A stretch of DNA of 64,000 nt, taken from Marispirochaeta sp. Its GTDB lineage: Bacteria; Spirochaetota; Spirochaetia; JC444; Marispirochaetaceae. The notes beneath the pieces are model-generated. The model made no database searches. It was not told the DNA's origin and was given only the letters and a program-made list of their open reading frames with translations. Location of the stretch: the NCBI GenBank assembly GCA_963676835.2, contig CAXXFF010000001.1, positions 608,001-672,000 on the forward strand. Reading direction: 5' to 3'. The stretch's first letter is position 1, and each line of letters opens with the position of its first letter. The translations under genes were made by a program, and so were the position numbers. This document shows positions 20,591 to 30,049 of the stretch, in pieces.

Positions 20591-22273
20591 TTAACGGTAC
20601 TTCCCGATTAATTCACTGGCGTGCCGCAGAGACGCTTCACCAACAGGATCACCGGAGAGCATACGTGCTATTTCGGTTACCCGCTGGTCTTCTTTGAGAA
20701 GGCTCACCCGTGTGAGGGTTCTGCCCGACTCAAGCTCTTTCGCCACCTTTATGTGATTATCGGCACGAACTGCCACGGAGGCAAGATGGGTTATGCAGAG
20801 AATCTGCTTTCTCCCGGCAAGCAGTGCAAGCTGTTCGCCAAGGGCGATACCGACTTCCCCGCCTATGCCGGTATCTATTTCGTCAAAAATCAGGGAATCA
20901 ATCTGATCTGCTTCGGACAACACAGTTTTCAGGGCCAGCATCAGCCGGGAGAGTTCTCCGCCGGATGCTATGCTTTTCAAAGGTTTTAACGGCTCCCCCT
21001 GATTCGGAGCAATGAGAAACTCAACCGCGTCTGCTCCGGTGGGGCCGCAAACAGGCCTGCCGTTGGCTCCCGTTTTCGTATCAACCCGAACCGAGAAAAC
21101 AGCCTTCTGCATACCCAGCGGTCTGAGCTTCTCCTCTACCGCCACCTGAAGCTTACCGGCTGCATTACGCCTGCTGTCGCTGATCTCCCGGGCAAGCTGG
21201 GCGACTTTACGGTTAAGAGCAGAAATCTCCTCTTCCATGGAGCTCTTCCGTTCTTCCCAGTTGTCGATATCGCCCATTTTACGCTGAGCGTCCTCGCGGA
21301 AATTCAGGACATCCTCCACACTGCTGCCGTACTTCTTCTGCAGCCGCCGAAGCAGCAGCAGCCTCTGTTCAATCTCATCCAGCCTTTCCGGAGAAAAACT
21401 GAACTCATTGCTGAAAGCCCGGACAGACTCGACAACATCTTCCATCTCGAGAAAAGCAGTCTCAAAACGACCGCCAAGCTCCGCGAGCTTTGGAACAATC
21501 TCTCCAAGAAGAGCAAGTTCTGTCTGAGCCTTCCGCAGCGAACCGATTGCCCCGCCCCTGCTCTCGGACGAGAGACGGGAAAACTCCTCCATATGGGAAT
21601 ATATCTTTTCAGCCTGGGAGACCATCAGCCGTTCGTCTTCAAGAGTCTCTTCCTCGCCTGCCTTCAGGGCTGCGGCGTCTATCTCCTCCACCGCATGCCG
21701 CAGGTAATCAAGCTCTCGTACCTGGTCCTTTTCGGCAGCAACAAGGGCGTCGTACTCTTTTTTCAGGCCCGTAAGTTCAGTAAAAAGTGCGGAAAGATCT
21801 TCTACCTTTGAACCGATTCCGGCATATGCATCAAGGAGCCTTCTATGGCGGTCGACATACATAAGCGACTGATGTTCATGCTGACCATGCATATCAAAAA
21901 GAAGGGAGGTAAATTCCTGTACCGTAGCCCGGGGAACCTGAACATCCTGAATATAGATACTCCCCCGGCCGGTCTGCCGTATTACCCTCCGGATTATAAC
22001 CGCACCATCCTCGGGTTCAATCTCATGCTCGGAAAGCCACTGCAGGGCATCGGGATTATGTTCAATCAGAACAATGCCGGTAATCCGGGCCTCCTCGGTA
22101 TCCGTTCGGACAACGCCGGCATCGGTCTTATCTCCCAGTATCGCGCCAAGAGCACCGACAATTATGGATTTACCGGCTCCCGTCTCGCCGGTAAGAATAT
22201 TCAGCCCCCGGGAGAATCTGAGTGTGAGTCTGTCTATAAGGGCAAAATTCTCAACAGAGAGTTCTTCAAGCAT
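20591..22273 (-). CDS. recN: DNA repair protein RecN
   Basis: LTGETGAGKSII, HGQHEHQ, ASGGELSR, LIFDEIDTG, CITH. Confidence 0.98.
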   Translation of the reverse strand: MLEELSVENFALIDRLTLRFSRGLNILTGETGAGKSIIVGALGAILGDKTDAGVVRTDTEEARITGIVLIEHNPDALQWLSEHEIEPEDGAVIIRRVIRQTGRGSIYIQDVQVPRATVQEFTSLLFDMHGQHEHQSLMYVDRHRRLLDAYAGIGSKVEDLSALFTELTGLKKEYDALVAAEKDQVRELDYLRHAVEEIDAAALKAGEEETLEDERLMVSQAEKIYSHMEEFSRLSSESRGGAIGSLRKAQTELALLGEIVPKLAELGGRFETAFLEMEDVVESVRAFSNEFSFSPERLDEIEQRLLLLRRLQKKYGSSVEDVLNFREDAQRKMGDIDNWEERKSSMEEEISALNRKVAQLAREISDSRRNAAGKLQVAVEEKLRPLGMQKAVFSVRVDTKTGANGRPVCGPTGADAVEFLIAPNQGEPLKPLKSIASGGELSRLMLALKTVLSEADQIDSLIFDEIDTGIGGEVGIALGEQLALLAGRKQILCITHLASVAVRADNHIKVAKELESGRTLTRVSLLKEDQRVTEIARMLSGDPVGEASLRHASELIGKYR

Positions 22274-23138
22274 CCGGCCCTCCCGACCAGTTGAGCTTTG
22301 TTCTCAGCACTTCATAAAAATTGCGCTTATCAGAACGGATCAGAGAGATCTTCCGTGGAGCCATTCCTATATGCAGCAGATCCTCAGGCTGGAGCTCAAA
22401 GACAATCTGGCCGTCGATGGTCAGAATAACCTCCGCCCGCTGCTCCCGTTCAACCCTGATTTTAACACAGCGGTCACCGCTTATTACAATAGTACGGTTC
22501 GAAAGGGTAAAAGGACAGATCGGATTCAGCACCAGAGCCTCAAGCTCCGGCTCCAGAATAGGGCCCCCGGCGGCGGCACTGTAGGCAGTTGAACCTGTGG
22601 GAGAAGAGACAATAATACCGTCTGCACGATATTCTCCCACCGGGGTATCATTTATGGAGACTCCAAGGCGGATCACCTTGGCTATTCCCGCCGAAGCGAT
22701 AACCGCATCATTGAAGCCTTCAAAGCTGCGGATAATCTCTCCCCCGCGCTCAAGCTTTACATCAACAAGCACCCGCCGGCTTAAACCAAGCTTGCCTTCC
22801 CGGTAATTCTCAAAGGCTTCCCGCCATTCATCCCGGGCAACTTCGGTTATAAACCCCAAACTGCCGATATTAACCGCCAGAATTGGCGCAGTGATGCCGG
22901 AAAGGGCACGGGCAGTATACAGGACCGTACCGTCTCCTCCGAGAGAAAAGACAATGTCCGGGGAATTTTTTACCGGAAAAGTGGAAACCTCGGGCTTACC
23001 GGTATTCCTCAGCACCGAATATTCTATTCCCTCACCGGTCAGGTATGTACCGATCTCCTGGATAAGGGACTCAGCATTCTCTTTGAGACAATTGGCTACG
23101 AGCAGCGCCCGCTTTATCTTCTTTGGTTTAACTCCCAC
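22266..23138 (-). CDS. nadK: NAD(+) kinase
   Basis: LGGDGT, GSLGF, ADGIIVSSPTGSTAYSAAAGGP. Confidence 0.96.
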   Translation of the reverse strand: MGVKPKKIKRALLVANCLKENAESLIQEIGTYLTGEGIEYSVLRNTGKPEVSTFPVKNSPDIVFSLGGDGTVLYTARALSGITAPILAVNIGSLGFITEVARDEWREAFENYREGKLGLSRRVLVDVKLERGGEIIRSFEGFNDAVIASAGIAKVIRLGVSINDTPVGEYRADGIIVSSPTGSTAYSAAAGGPILEPELEALVLNPICPFTLSNRTIVISGDRCVKIRVEREQRAEVILTIDGQIVFELQPEDLLHIGMAPRKISLIRSDKRNFYEVLRTKLNWSGGPDA

Positions 23139-23176
23139 TTCTTCCTATACCGTCCCTGCACCTCTACACCTGCACC

Positions 23177-24202
23177 TCATGGCAGCGTTGACAGCACCCG
23201 AACCAGAAGTTCCGTGTTCTTCCGGCCCATACTCGGATACAGAGGAAACAAAATTGTCCTCAGGGCAAGACTCGCAGCCACCGGACAGTCGATCTCCTCC
23301 GGCTGCAGCCGGGCATAGGGAGACGAGGCAAAGGCATTTTCCGTCTGCACGCCGTTTTTCAGGGCATACTGACGCACCTCATTCATTCCCGTATCAATTA
23401 CCACCGGAAACGCCGTGGGAACAACCCCCTCTTCGCCGGACCCGGACGAAAAGCTGCGGTGTTTCGACTTCATCAGCCCCTGGGCCAGCAGATCGTAAAT
23501 CTCCGCCCGGTGGGAATGAAGGCCCTCGGCGGTCTGCACCTGCACAAGCCCCAGAGCAGCATTTATGTCCGGCATGAGCATTTCCATGGTCAGCTCTTCC
23601 AGGAGCGGCTTAATCTGCCGCCTGTACTTCACTCCCCCCGCAAGCACCACTGCACCGCCGCCGGTGGTTATGGGATCACAGTATTCGGTACGAATCAGCG
23701 TATATGCATCTGCTCCGTCATCTTCCCGTTCCCGCAGACTTACAGCCGTGGAGGAAACATCACGGATAATCGGCAAACCGCTTTCGATTACGGCATCACT
23801 GGCAACGGATATCCCGAAAGGCTCATGCAGAACCCATGCAGCAATCTCACCCTCAAGAGCTTTCTCAATGGCAGCCTCGGACATACAGGCGGAGGATTCT
23901 TCCACATCCACAAATACAGGAGTAAGCCTGAGCATATCCAGGGCATCCAGATAAAAGAGCGGAGAAAGAGCGGAAATTGCCACACGGCTCCCCTCGGGAA
24001 GCTCAAGAGACTTAAGCAGAACAGCCAATGCTTCCGCGGGAGAACGCATGGCTGCGCCGTTTTTCTTGTTCAGGTACTTCGAAAGCTCCTTGCTGAACTG
24101 ATCAGCCAGAGAGCCCGGCCCTATTTCATCACTCACCATACATGTTAATACGGCGTCCATGTCCCGCCGCTTCAAGGTAGGTCTATAAACTGGGATCGAC
24201 AT
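23177..24202 (-). CDS. DegT/DnrJ/EryC1/StrS-family protein, apparently lacking the catalytic Lys
   Basis: PVFVDV, ITTGGGAV, MPDINAALGLVQ, CPVA...LFPLYP. Confidence 0.8.
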   Translation of the reverse strand: MSIPVYRPTLKRRDMDAVLTCMVSDEIGPGSLADQFSKELSKYLNKKNGAAMRSPAEALAVLLKSLELPEGSRVAISALSPLFYLDALDMLRLTPVFVDVEESSACMSEAAIEKALEGEIAAWVLHEPFGISVASDAVIESGLPIIRDVSSTAVSLREREDDGADAYTLIRTEYCDPITTGGGAVVLAGGVKYRRQIKPLLEELTMEMLMPDINAALGLVQVQTAEGLHSHRAEIYDLLAQGLMKSKHRSFSSGSGEEGVVPTAFPVVIDTGMNEVRQYALKNGVQTENAFASSPYARLQPEEIDCPVAASLALRTILFPLYPSMGRKNTELLVRVLSTLP

Positions 24203-24232
24203 CGTTTTCTTCTTTCTTATTAATAGTCTAAA

Positions 24233-24709
24233 TCAGCGCGCGATTTTACCGAGCTGCTGTAGTTCCTTTGGATCAAAAATCCGCCGGATATCGAGAATAA
24301 TCAGATACCCGCTATCCTCATTGCTGACTCCCTGAATATACTCAGCACCAATTCCGGAAATCATCTGGGGCGGAGGCTGAATCTTATCACGGTCAATGGT
24401 AATAACCCTGGATACCTTATCAATATAAACCCCTAACTGCATATCATCCAGACTGAGAATCAGAAAGCCAGACAGAAGGGTATCTTCTTCGCTCAGTTCC
24501 GCCCGGCGCAGGTGAAAGCGCTTGTGCAGGTTGATAATAGGGATAATCTGACCGCGAAGGTTAAATATTCCATCAACATAGTTGGGAGCATTCGGAATAG
24601 CCCGTATCTCCTGGACCTTCTGAATCTCGTTAACCTGCATAATATCTATACCATAGAATTCTTCACCCAACTGAAAGGTAACCAGCTGTATCTGCTTTTC
24701 ATCTGCCAT
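24233..24709 (-). CDS. cheW: Chemotaxis protein CheW
   Basis: QLVTFQLGEEFYGIDI, IPNAPNYVDGIFNLRGQIIPIINL. Confidence 0.96.
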   Translation of the reverse strand: MADEKQIQLVTFQLGEEFYGIDIMQVNEIQKVQEIRAIPNAPNYVDGIFNLRGQIIPIINLHKRFHLRRAELSEEDTLLSGFLILSLDDMQLGVYIDKVSRVITIDRDKIQPPPQMISGIGAEYIQGVSNEDSGYLIILDIRRIFDPKELQQLGKIAR

Positions 24710-24827
24710 CAGCGAACTCCTGACTATAGAATAATTTAAGAGTGACGGTTTTGCAATATGGTTTTTCCAACTCACAAAAACAGAGCAGATGGGCAAAATT
24801 CTGCAATTCTCTCTCTTCCGGACGTCC

Positions 24828-25008
24828 CCCGACCGCTAAATCTTCGATTCAGCGGCAAGCCACATGCTTAAGCATGTGGTCGGGTCGGGCCTTGCGGGGC
24901 TCCGGCCCCTCCACCTAAATCCTTACTGAAGAGACTTCGTATAAAAAATAGCTGATCAAGGATTTAGGTGCAGGGTCTGCCTGCGGCACCCCTCCAGTCC
25001 CTGACGCG
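24828..25008. repeat. Nested palindromic (REP/MITE-like) intergenic element
   Basis: CCCGACC/GGTCGGG enclosing CCGCTAAATC-TTC-GATTCAGCGG and the perfect palindrome CCACATGCTTAAGCATGTGG; then a 13-bp inverted repeat CACCTAAATCCTT/AAGGATTTAGGTG (24912-24970). Confidence 0.75.
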
Positions 25009-25051
25009 GCAGGCGCTACAATGCTGATATGCAGCGGGTTGCAGCGAACCC

Positions 25052-26380
25052 TTAAGGGGCAATAACCGTCAGGTACGGATAGCCGCTGTTGAGTATTCCG
25101 TCAATGGTCCAGGTTTTATTATCAGCTGCAGATGTTGAGATATCCCAGTTTGCACTGTAGGTGGCATAAGTTTTCATCAAAGTTGTTGCATAGCCCATTA
25201 CAGTCGAAACAGAGTCTGTACCGCCGTCATAGCCAACACTCTGTCCGGTAGTAGTGGTATCATAACAGGAGTAGCTTACTGAACCCATGGAGAGATCGCC
25301 GATCAGTCCACCGACATAGGATGACCCGTTAACTTCTCCGACAGCATAACAGTTTGTCACATCTCCCAGACAGTTTTCCCCAAGCAGCCCGCCGACATAA
25401 TCTCCTGCGCCGTAGACATCTCCTGTGGCGTAGCAGTCAGAGAGAGTTCCCCCCTCCTTGTCTCCTATCAGTCCGCCCACATCATCGTCCGAACCTGAGA
25501 CATCTCCGGTGGCGTAACATCCTGTTACATCTGCATAGCTTACACCGATAAGTCCCCCGACAAAGTCATCGGAGTCGGTGCCTATAACATTTCCTTCTGC
25601 ATAGCATGATGTTACAACACCAGAATTCTCACCAAGCAGTCCGCCCAGGTATCCTGTGCCATTGACGATGCCCGTGGCATGGCAGTCTGTTAAATCCCCG
25701 CTGTTTGATCCAATAAGACCCCCGGCACTTTCACCCGCGGAGGTAACGTTTCCCGTGGCGTAACAGTCAGTTAAATCCGCACTGTTGGTTCCGATCAGTC
25801 CGCCTACATTGGACTCTGAACCGGTAACACTCGTACCGGCATAGCAGCCTGTTACAACCGCGCTGCTGTAGTTTCTTCCAATCAAACCGCCGGTACGTCT
25901 TGAACCGGAGATACTTCCTGCAGCATAACAGTTTGTCACAATCCCATTATTCAGCCCGATCAAACCGCCGGTATACTCACCACCGGCTATTTCACAGTTC
26001 ACTACTCCCAGATTCCTGATTGTGCCCGTACTATAGCCAAAGAGTCCCTGGTAATCGCTCCCTGAGCTATTGATATAGAGATCACTGATTGCGTACCCCG
26101 CGCCATCAAAAGTGCCGGTAAAAAGAGTTGTTGCATTGCCGATAGGCGTCCAGCTGCCGTCTGAGGCGTTGCACACATCGGACAGAGAGATATTGCACGT
26201 CAGCAGGTAATCTCCGCTCCAGCCGGATGAGTCAGAAGCAAGCGCAAGAAGGTCGGCGGCGCTGCTGATTGTCCCGTCTTCGAATGAGCCGGCCGTATCG
26301 GCTGTACCGTTTGAACTGCATCCGGAAAAAGCGAATAGAATTGAAGCTGAAAGCAGGAAAATCCATAAATACTTTTTCAT
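25052..26380 (-). CDS. GLUG-repeat lipoprotein (beta-helix-like surface protein)
   Basis: Lipobox FSGC; WTPIG, FTGTFDGAG; about eight ~28-aa repeats CYAxGxV...VGGLIG; terminal NSGYPYL. Confidence 0.88.
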   Translation of the reverse strand: MKKYLWIFLLSASILFAFSGCSSNGTADTAGSFEDGTISSAADLLALASDSSGWSGDYLLTCNISLSDVCNASDGSWTPIGNATTLFTGTFDGAGYAISDLYINSSGSDYQGLFGYSTGTIRNLGVVNCEIAGGEYTGGLIGLNNGIVTNCYAAGSISGSRRTGGLIGRNYSSAVVTGCYAGTSVTGSESNVGGLIGTNSADLTDCYATGNVTSAGESAGGLIGSNSGDLTDCHATGIVNGTGYLGGLLGENSGVVTSCYAEGNVIGTDSDDFVGGLIGVSYADVTGCYATGDVSGSDDDVGGLIGDKEGGTLSDCYATGDVYGAGDYVGGLLGENCLGDVTNCYAVGEVNGSSYVGGLIGDLSMGSVSYSCYDTTTTGQSVGYDGGTDSVSTVMGYATTLMKTYATYSANWDISTSAADNKTWTIDGILNSGYPYLTVIAP

Positions 26381-26474
26381 TATTCCTCCTGAAAACTATA
26401 GGGAATGTAAGATTTTCCTTATTTAACAGCTTCAGAAGGGGCAATTCTATCGAATTTATAAATCCAATAGGTTT

Positions 26475-27572
26475 TTATAGTTTTTTCCTGTACACAGAAG
26501 GAGGTACTCCAGTCATTTCCTTGAAGGCGACATTAAAAACAGAGATGGAATTAAACCCCGTATCGTAGGCAATTTCTATAATTTTCTTTTCAGGATACAA
26601 ACGGAGCTGCTCCTGCGCTTTTTTAATCCGTACCTCCTTGAGCCAGGTGGAGAATGTCTTTCCAAGATTGGTATTTAAGACTTCCGACATCTGATGCGGA
26701 TTTATCTGAAGCATTTCTGCTGATTTTTTCAGATTCAGAAAAGAATCTGATAAAATCTCTGAATCAGAAACCAGCATATTCAGATCATTGATCACCTTGT
26801 CTATATCAAGATTTTTGGTCTGGGTTCTGAAATAGTAGTTTCTGTACGCTTCAAGCTTGATCACATTAAGAACATGGGGATAACGGTAACTTGCGAGAAA
26901 AATCAGAACTACAAATAAACTGAAGCGTATTTTTACAAATACCCCGAAATAGCCGCCTCCGAAATAATACTCAAGAAAGGTAATCAAAAGCACCATGGAT
27001 ATTGCGGGTATGGCAATAAGTACTGCAATATTCCCCTGCCGTTTCCTGGGTGTCTTCAGATATATCCGTATATATTTCACGCCCAGTACCGCCACATAGG
27101 AGAGACCGACCATGGCAGATGCGGCGGCAGTTACCCGATTAATGAAGATATTTCTGTAAAGAAACTCATAGTAATTCTCAGGTGGAACAACACCCCTGCC
27201 AGGATATGCCCCGAACAGCAAAACAAGCAATACAGAGAGGAACCCCGGCACCAGCAGGAGCAGATACTTTTTTCTGTAGGTAAACTCTTTTACATCAAGA
27301 AAATAGAAAAATATAAACAAGTGCATAAGGGCTGCATAATAGGAGAAACGGGCAGCAATATATACAAAGGGGAAAATCTCAAACCACTTACCGAGATTCT
27401 TAAAAATATGAAAGTTATTACAGAAAATAAACATACCGAGAAAAAGAAATGCCAGGGCAAGGAGGTAGTTTTTCTGATTTTTCTTAATCAGAACAATTTG
27501 AGAAACAGCAAGACACAGGGCAAGGGCGCCGCCGAAAAAGTTAACCGCATCAATCCAGTTGGTTATGTTCAT
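26475..27572 (-). CDS. AraC-family regulator with N-terminal multi-pass membrane domain
   Basis: About 7 hydrophobic segments followed by FSTWLKEVRI...IIEIAYDTGFNSISVFNVAFKEMTGVPPSVYR. Confidence 0.9.
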   Translation of the reverse strand: MNITNWIDAVNFFGGALALCLAVSQIVLIKKNQKNYLLALAFLFLGMFIFCNNFHIFKNLGKWFEIFPFVYIAARFSYYAALMHLFIFFYFLDVKEFTYRKKYLLLLVPGFLSVLLVLLFGAYPGRGVVPPENYYEFLYRNIFINRVTAAASAMVGLSYVAVLGVKYIRIYLKTPRKRQGNIAVLIAIPAISMVLLITFLEYYFGGGYFGVFVKIRFSLFVVLIFLASYRYPHVLNVIKLEAYRNYYFRTQTKNLDIDKVINDLNMLVSDSEILSDSFLNLKKSAEMLQINPHQMSEVLNTNLGKTFSTWLKEVRIKKAQEQLRLYPEKKIIEIAYDTGFNSISVFNVAFKEMTGVPPSVYRKKL

Positions 27573-27643
27573 AACAGTTTTCTTAAGAACCGATGATAGG
27601 TTGTTACTATAAATACATCAAGAGCAGCTCTCATGTAAAAAAT

Positions 27644-27684
27644 TTGACAGACCTTATAGCCGGTGGTACACTGGTACCACCAGT
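27644..27684 (+). promoter_or_regulatory. Sigma70 promoter overlapped by a FadR-type operator
   Basis: TTGACA-N17-TACACT with extended -10 TG; ACTGGT-N3-ACCAGT at 27670-27684 and GGTGGTAC-N4-GTACCACC at 27662-27681. Confidence 0.8.
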
Positions 27685-27750
27685 AAAGCGCAGTGAAATA
27701 CAGCATTGATCTACCGGAAAGCGCCCCACGATAAAAACAGGAGGAGTTTT

Positions 27751-29043
27751 ATGAGTCCGGCAATGATCACTATTCTTATTGTTCTAGTGTTGGTAATTCT
27801 GCTTATGATTGGAAAAATTCCAATCGCAGCCCTGGCAGTTTCCGTACCGGTTGCCCTGGTAATGACAGGAGTGCTGACAAGCAAGGAAGCCTTCGCCAAC
27901 TTTGCCAATCAATGGCCCCTTATCTTCATGTTCATGTTTATGGTTGGCGAAGCCCTTTTCCGTACCGGTTTTGCCGACATAGCTGGCCGGTTTGCAATTA
28001 AAATGTCGAAGAACAAAGAGAGCCTTTTCCTTCTCTGGATCATGATTATTTCTCTGATTCTTTCTGCATTTCTTTCCAACCTGGGGGTAATAGCATGTCT
28101 GCTCCCGATTGTGCTCGCCGGAGTAAAAAAAGGTAATTACTCAGTAAAAAAGGCTGTTCTTTCCATGGCCTTTGCATCTTCCCTCGGGGGAACCCTTACC
28201 CTTATCGGCACCCCGCCCAACGGAGTGGTTAACAGCGTAATGGGCACCATGAAACTTGATATAGCTCCTTTTAAATTCTTCGACTTCGCTCTCGTTGGCC
28301 TGCCTCTCTCTATAATAGGAATACTGACTCTTTACTTTATCAGTCTGAAGTTTATGCCTTCCGAAAAAGTAGACACAGAAAGCGCAGATTATGAAGGCCC
28401 GGCAGAAGATAAAAATTTTAAATACCGCGAAGATAAAATGTGGATTGCCATCATCGTCTTTGTGCTTATTGTTTTTATTATGGCAGCGGGAAGCTATATT
28501 CCCTTCATAAAGAGCACGCTGCATCTCGACCTTCTGACCACAGCCGCATTAGGAGCAGTAATAATAGTCGCCACCGGCACAATTTCCTGGAAGGAAGCAT
28601 ACTCATCGGTTTCATGGACTACAGTTATCTCTTTCGCAACCCTGCTCTCCCTGAGCACAGCCCTGAGCAAATCCGGAGCTGTTGCAGTAATCGCAGGTGG
28701 CATAACTGGAATTACCACTACACCGTTCATTCTGATGGCAATCATAATACTGATAACCATGTTTTTAACTCAATTTACCTTTAATACCGCTGCTACCGGC
28801 ATTATAGCCCCCATCGCGGTAGCTGCTGCTACGGCAGCCGGCGTAAGCCCCTACCCCTTCCTCATGGCGGTGGCCATGTCTGCCAGCGCATGCTTTATGT
28901 CTCCCATTGCAACCGGCCCCAATATCGCCGTCGTAGGCCCGGGACGATTAAAATTTTCAGATTTCGTTAAAGCCGGATGGGTACTCCAGATAGTAAGTTT
29001 TGTTGTCATACTGTTAGTTACTTCTCTTGTCTGGAAATTTTAA
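27751..29043 (+). CDS. SLC13/DASS-CitMHS family anion transporter
   Basis: LSAFLSN, GGTLTLIGTPPN, TQFTFNTA, FMSPIATGPN; AGGAGG RBS before ATG 27751. Confidence 0.88.
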   Translation: MSPAMITILIVLVLVILLMIGKIPIAALAVSVPVALVMTGVLTSKEAFANFANQWPLIFMFMFMVGEALFRTGFADIAGRFAIKMSKNKESLFLLWIMIISLILSAFLSNLGVIACLLPIVLAGVKKGNYSVKKAVLSMAFASSLGGTLTLIGTPPNGVVNSVMGTMKLDIAPFKFFDFALVGLPLSIIGILTLYFISLKFMPSEKVDTESADYEGPAEDKNFKYREDKMWIAIIVFVLIVFIMAAGSYIPFIKSTLHLDLLTTAALGAVIIVATGTISWKEAYSSVSWTTVISFATLLSLSTALSKSGAVAVIAGGITGITTTPFILMAIIILITMFLTQFTFNTAATGIIAPIAVAAATAAGVSPYPFLMAVAMSASACFMSPIATGPNIAVVGPGRLKFSDFVKAGWVLQIVSFVVILLVTSLVWKF

Positions 29044-29103
29044 CCAACAACCCCGGTTCCCGCCGCCGTCAGTTCGACGGCGGGACCACTAAAGGAATAA
29101 ACC

Positions 29104-29997
29104 ATGTCATCAACGGAATTCGGAGGAGTCTTTCCCTATCTTGTTTCACCCGTAGACAGTTCAGGCAAAGTTAAAAAAGAGGTCCTTACTGATCTTGTTG
29201 AACATCTTATAGACAAGGGAGTACATGGCCTGACCCCATTGGGAAGCACTGGAGAATTTGCCTATCTGACATGGGAACAGAAAACAGATATTGTCACAAC
29301 GGTAGTCGGAGCAGCCAAAGGCCGGGTTCCCGTGGTTCCCGGAGTTAACCACACCTCAAACAGAGAAGCGGTACGGCAGGCCCGGGAATTCGATGCTATG
29401 GGAGCGGATGGAATCCTGGCCATACTCGATACATATTTCCCGCTTAACCAGGATGAGATTTTTTCCTACTTTGGCGGAATCGCAAATGCAGTCAAATGCC
29501 CGGTCATAATTTATACAAACCCTAATTTTCAGAAAACCGAACTCTCAATAGATCTTATAAAAAGAATGGCTGCAGTAGAAAATATCAACTATCTCAAAGA
29601 TGCCTCGGGCAATACCGGGAAGATGCTGTCTGTTATAAATGAAGTCGGCGATAATCTAAAACTGTTCAGCGCCTCCGCCAGCGTCCCTCTTTTCATAATG
29701 ATGATGGGCGGAGTCGGCTGGATGGCTGGCCCTGCCTGCGTTGTACCGGCACAAAGCGTTACCCTCTACAACCTTGCAAAGAGCGGACAATGGGAATCCG
29801 CAATGACCTACCAGAAAAAGCTGTGGAAAATAAATTACATTTTTAAAAAGTATAATCTGGCTTCCTGCATAAAGGCCGCCTTGACCATTCAGGGATTCCC
29901 CGTGGGAGACCCGATCCCCCCGGTCAGCCCCCTGGACCATGCAGCGGTAGAGCATATCAGGAGTATACTAAGCGAACTAGAAAGCATTGAACCCTGA
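29104..29997 (+). CDS. DHDPS/N-acetylneuraminate-lyase family aldolase or lyase (not canonical DapA)
   Basis: GSTGE, IYTNP, YLKDASG; canonical dapA is elsewhere in the window. Confidence 0.88.
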   Translation: MSSTEFGGVFPYLVSPVDSSGKVKKEVLTDLVEHLIDKGVHGLTPLGSTGEFAYLTWEQKTDIVTTVVGAAKGRVPVVPGVNHTSNREAVRQAREFDAMGADGILAILDTYFPLNQDEIFSYFGGIANAVKCPVIIYTNPNFQKTELSIDLIKRMAAVENINYLKDASGNTGKMLSVINEVGDNLKLFSASASVPLFIMMMGGVGWMAGPACVVPAQSVTLYNLAKSGQWESAMTYQKKLWKINYIFKKYNLASCIKAALTIQGFPVGDPIPPVSPLDHAAVEHIRSILSELESIEP

Positions 29998-30049
29998 ACC
30001 ATTATGATATAACATTTGAGAACATACATCGTTTCATACCAATTAGAAG

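Noticed and set aside
24934..24944. ACTTCGTATAA, a XerC-arm/loxP-like half site inside the palindromic element
   Set aside because: No XerD arm (TTATGTTAAAT-like) at 6-bp spacing; a lone 11-mer can occur by chance.
25250..26000. Nucleotide repeats in the GLUG gene as a DGR or variable-repeat system
   Set aside because: Fully explained by protein repeats; no reverse transcriptase or template/variable pair seen.
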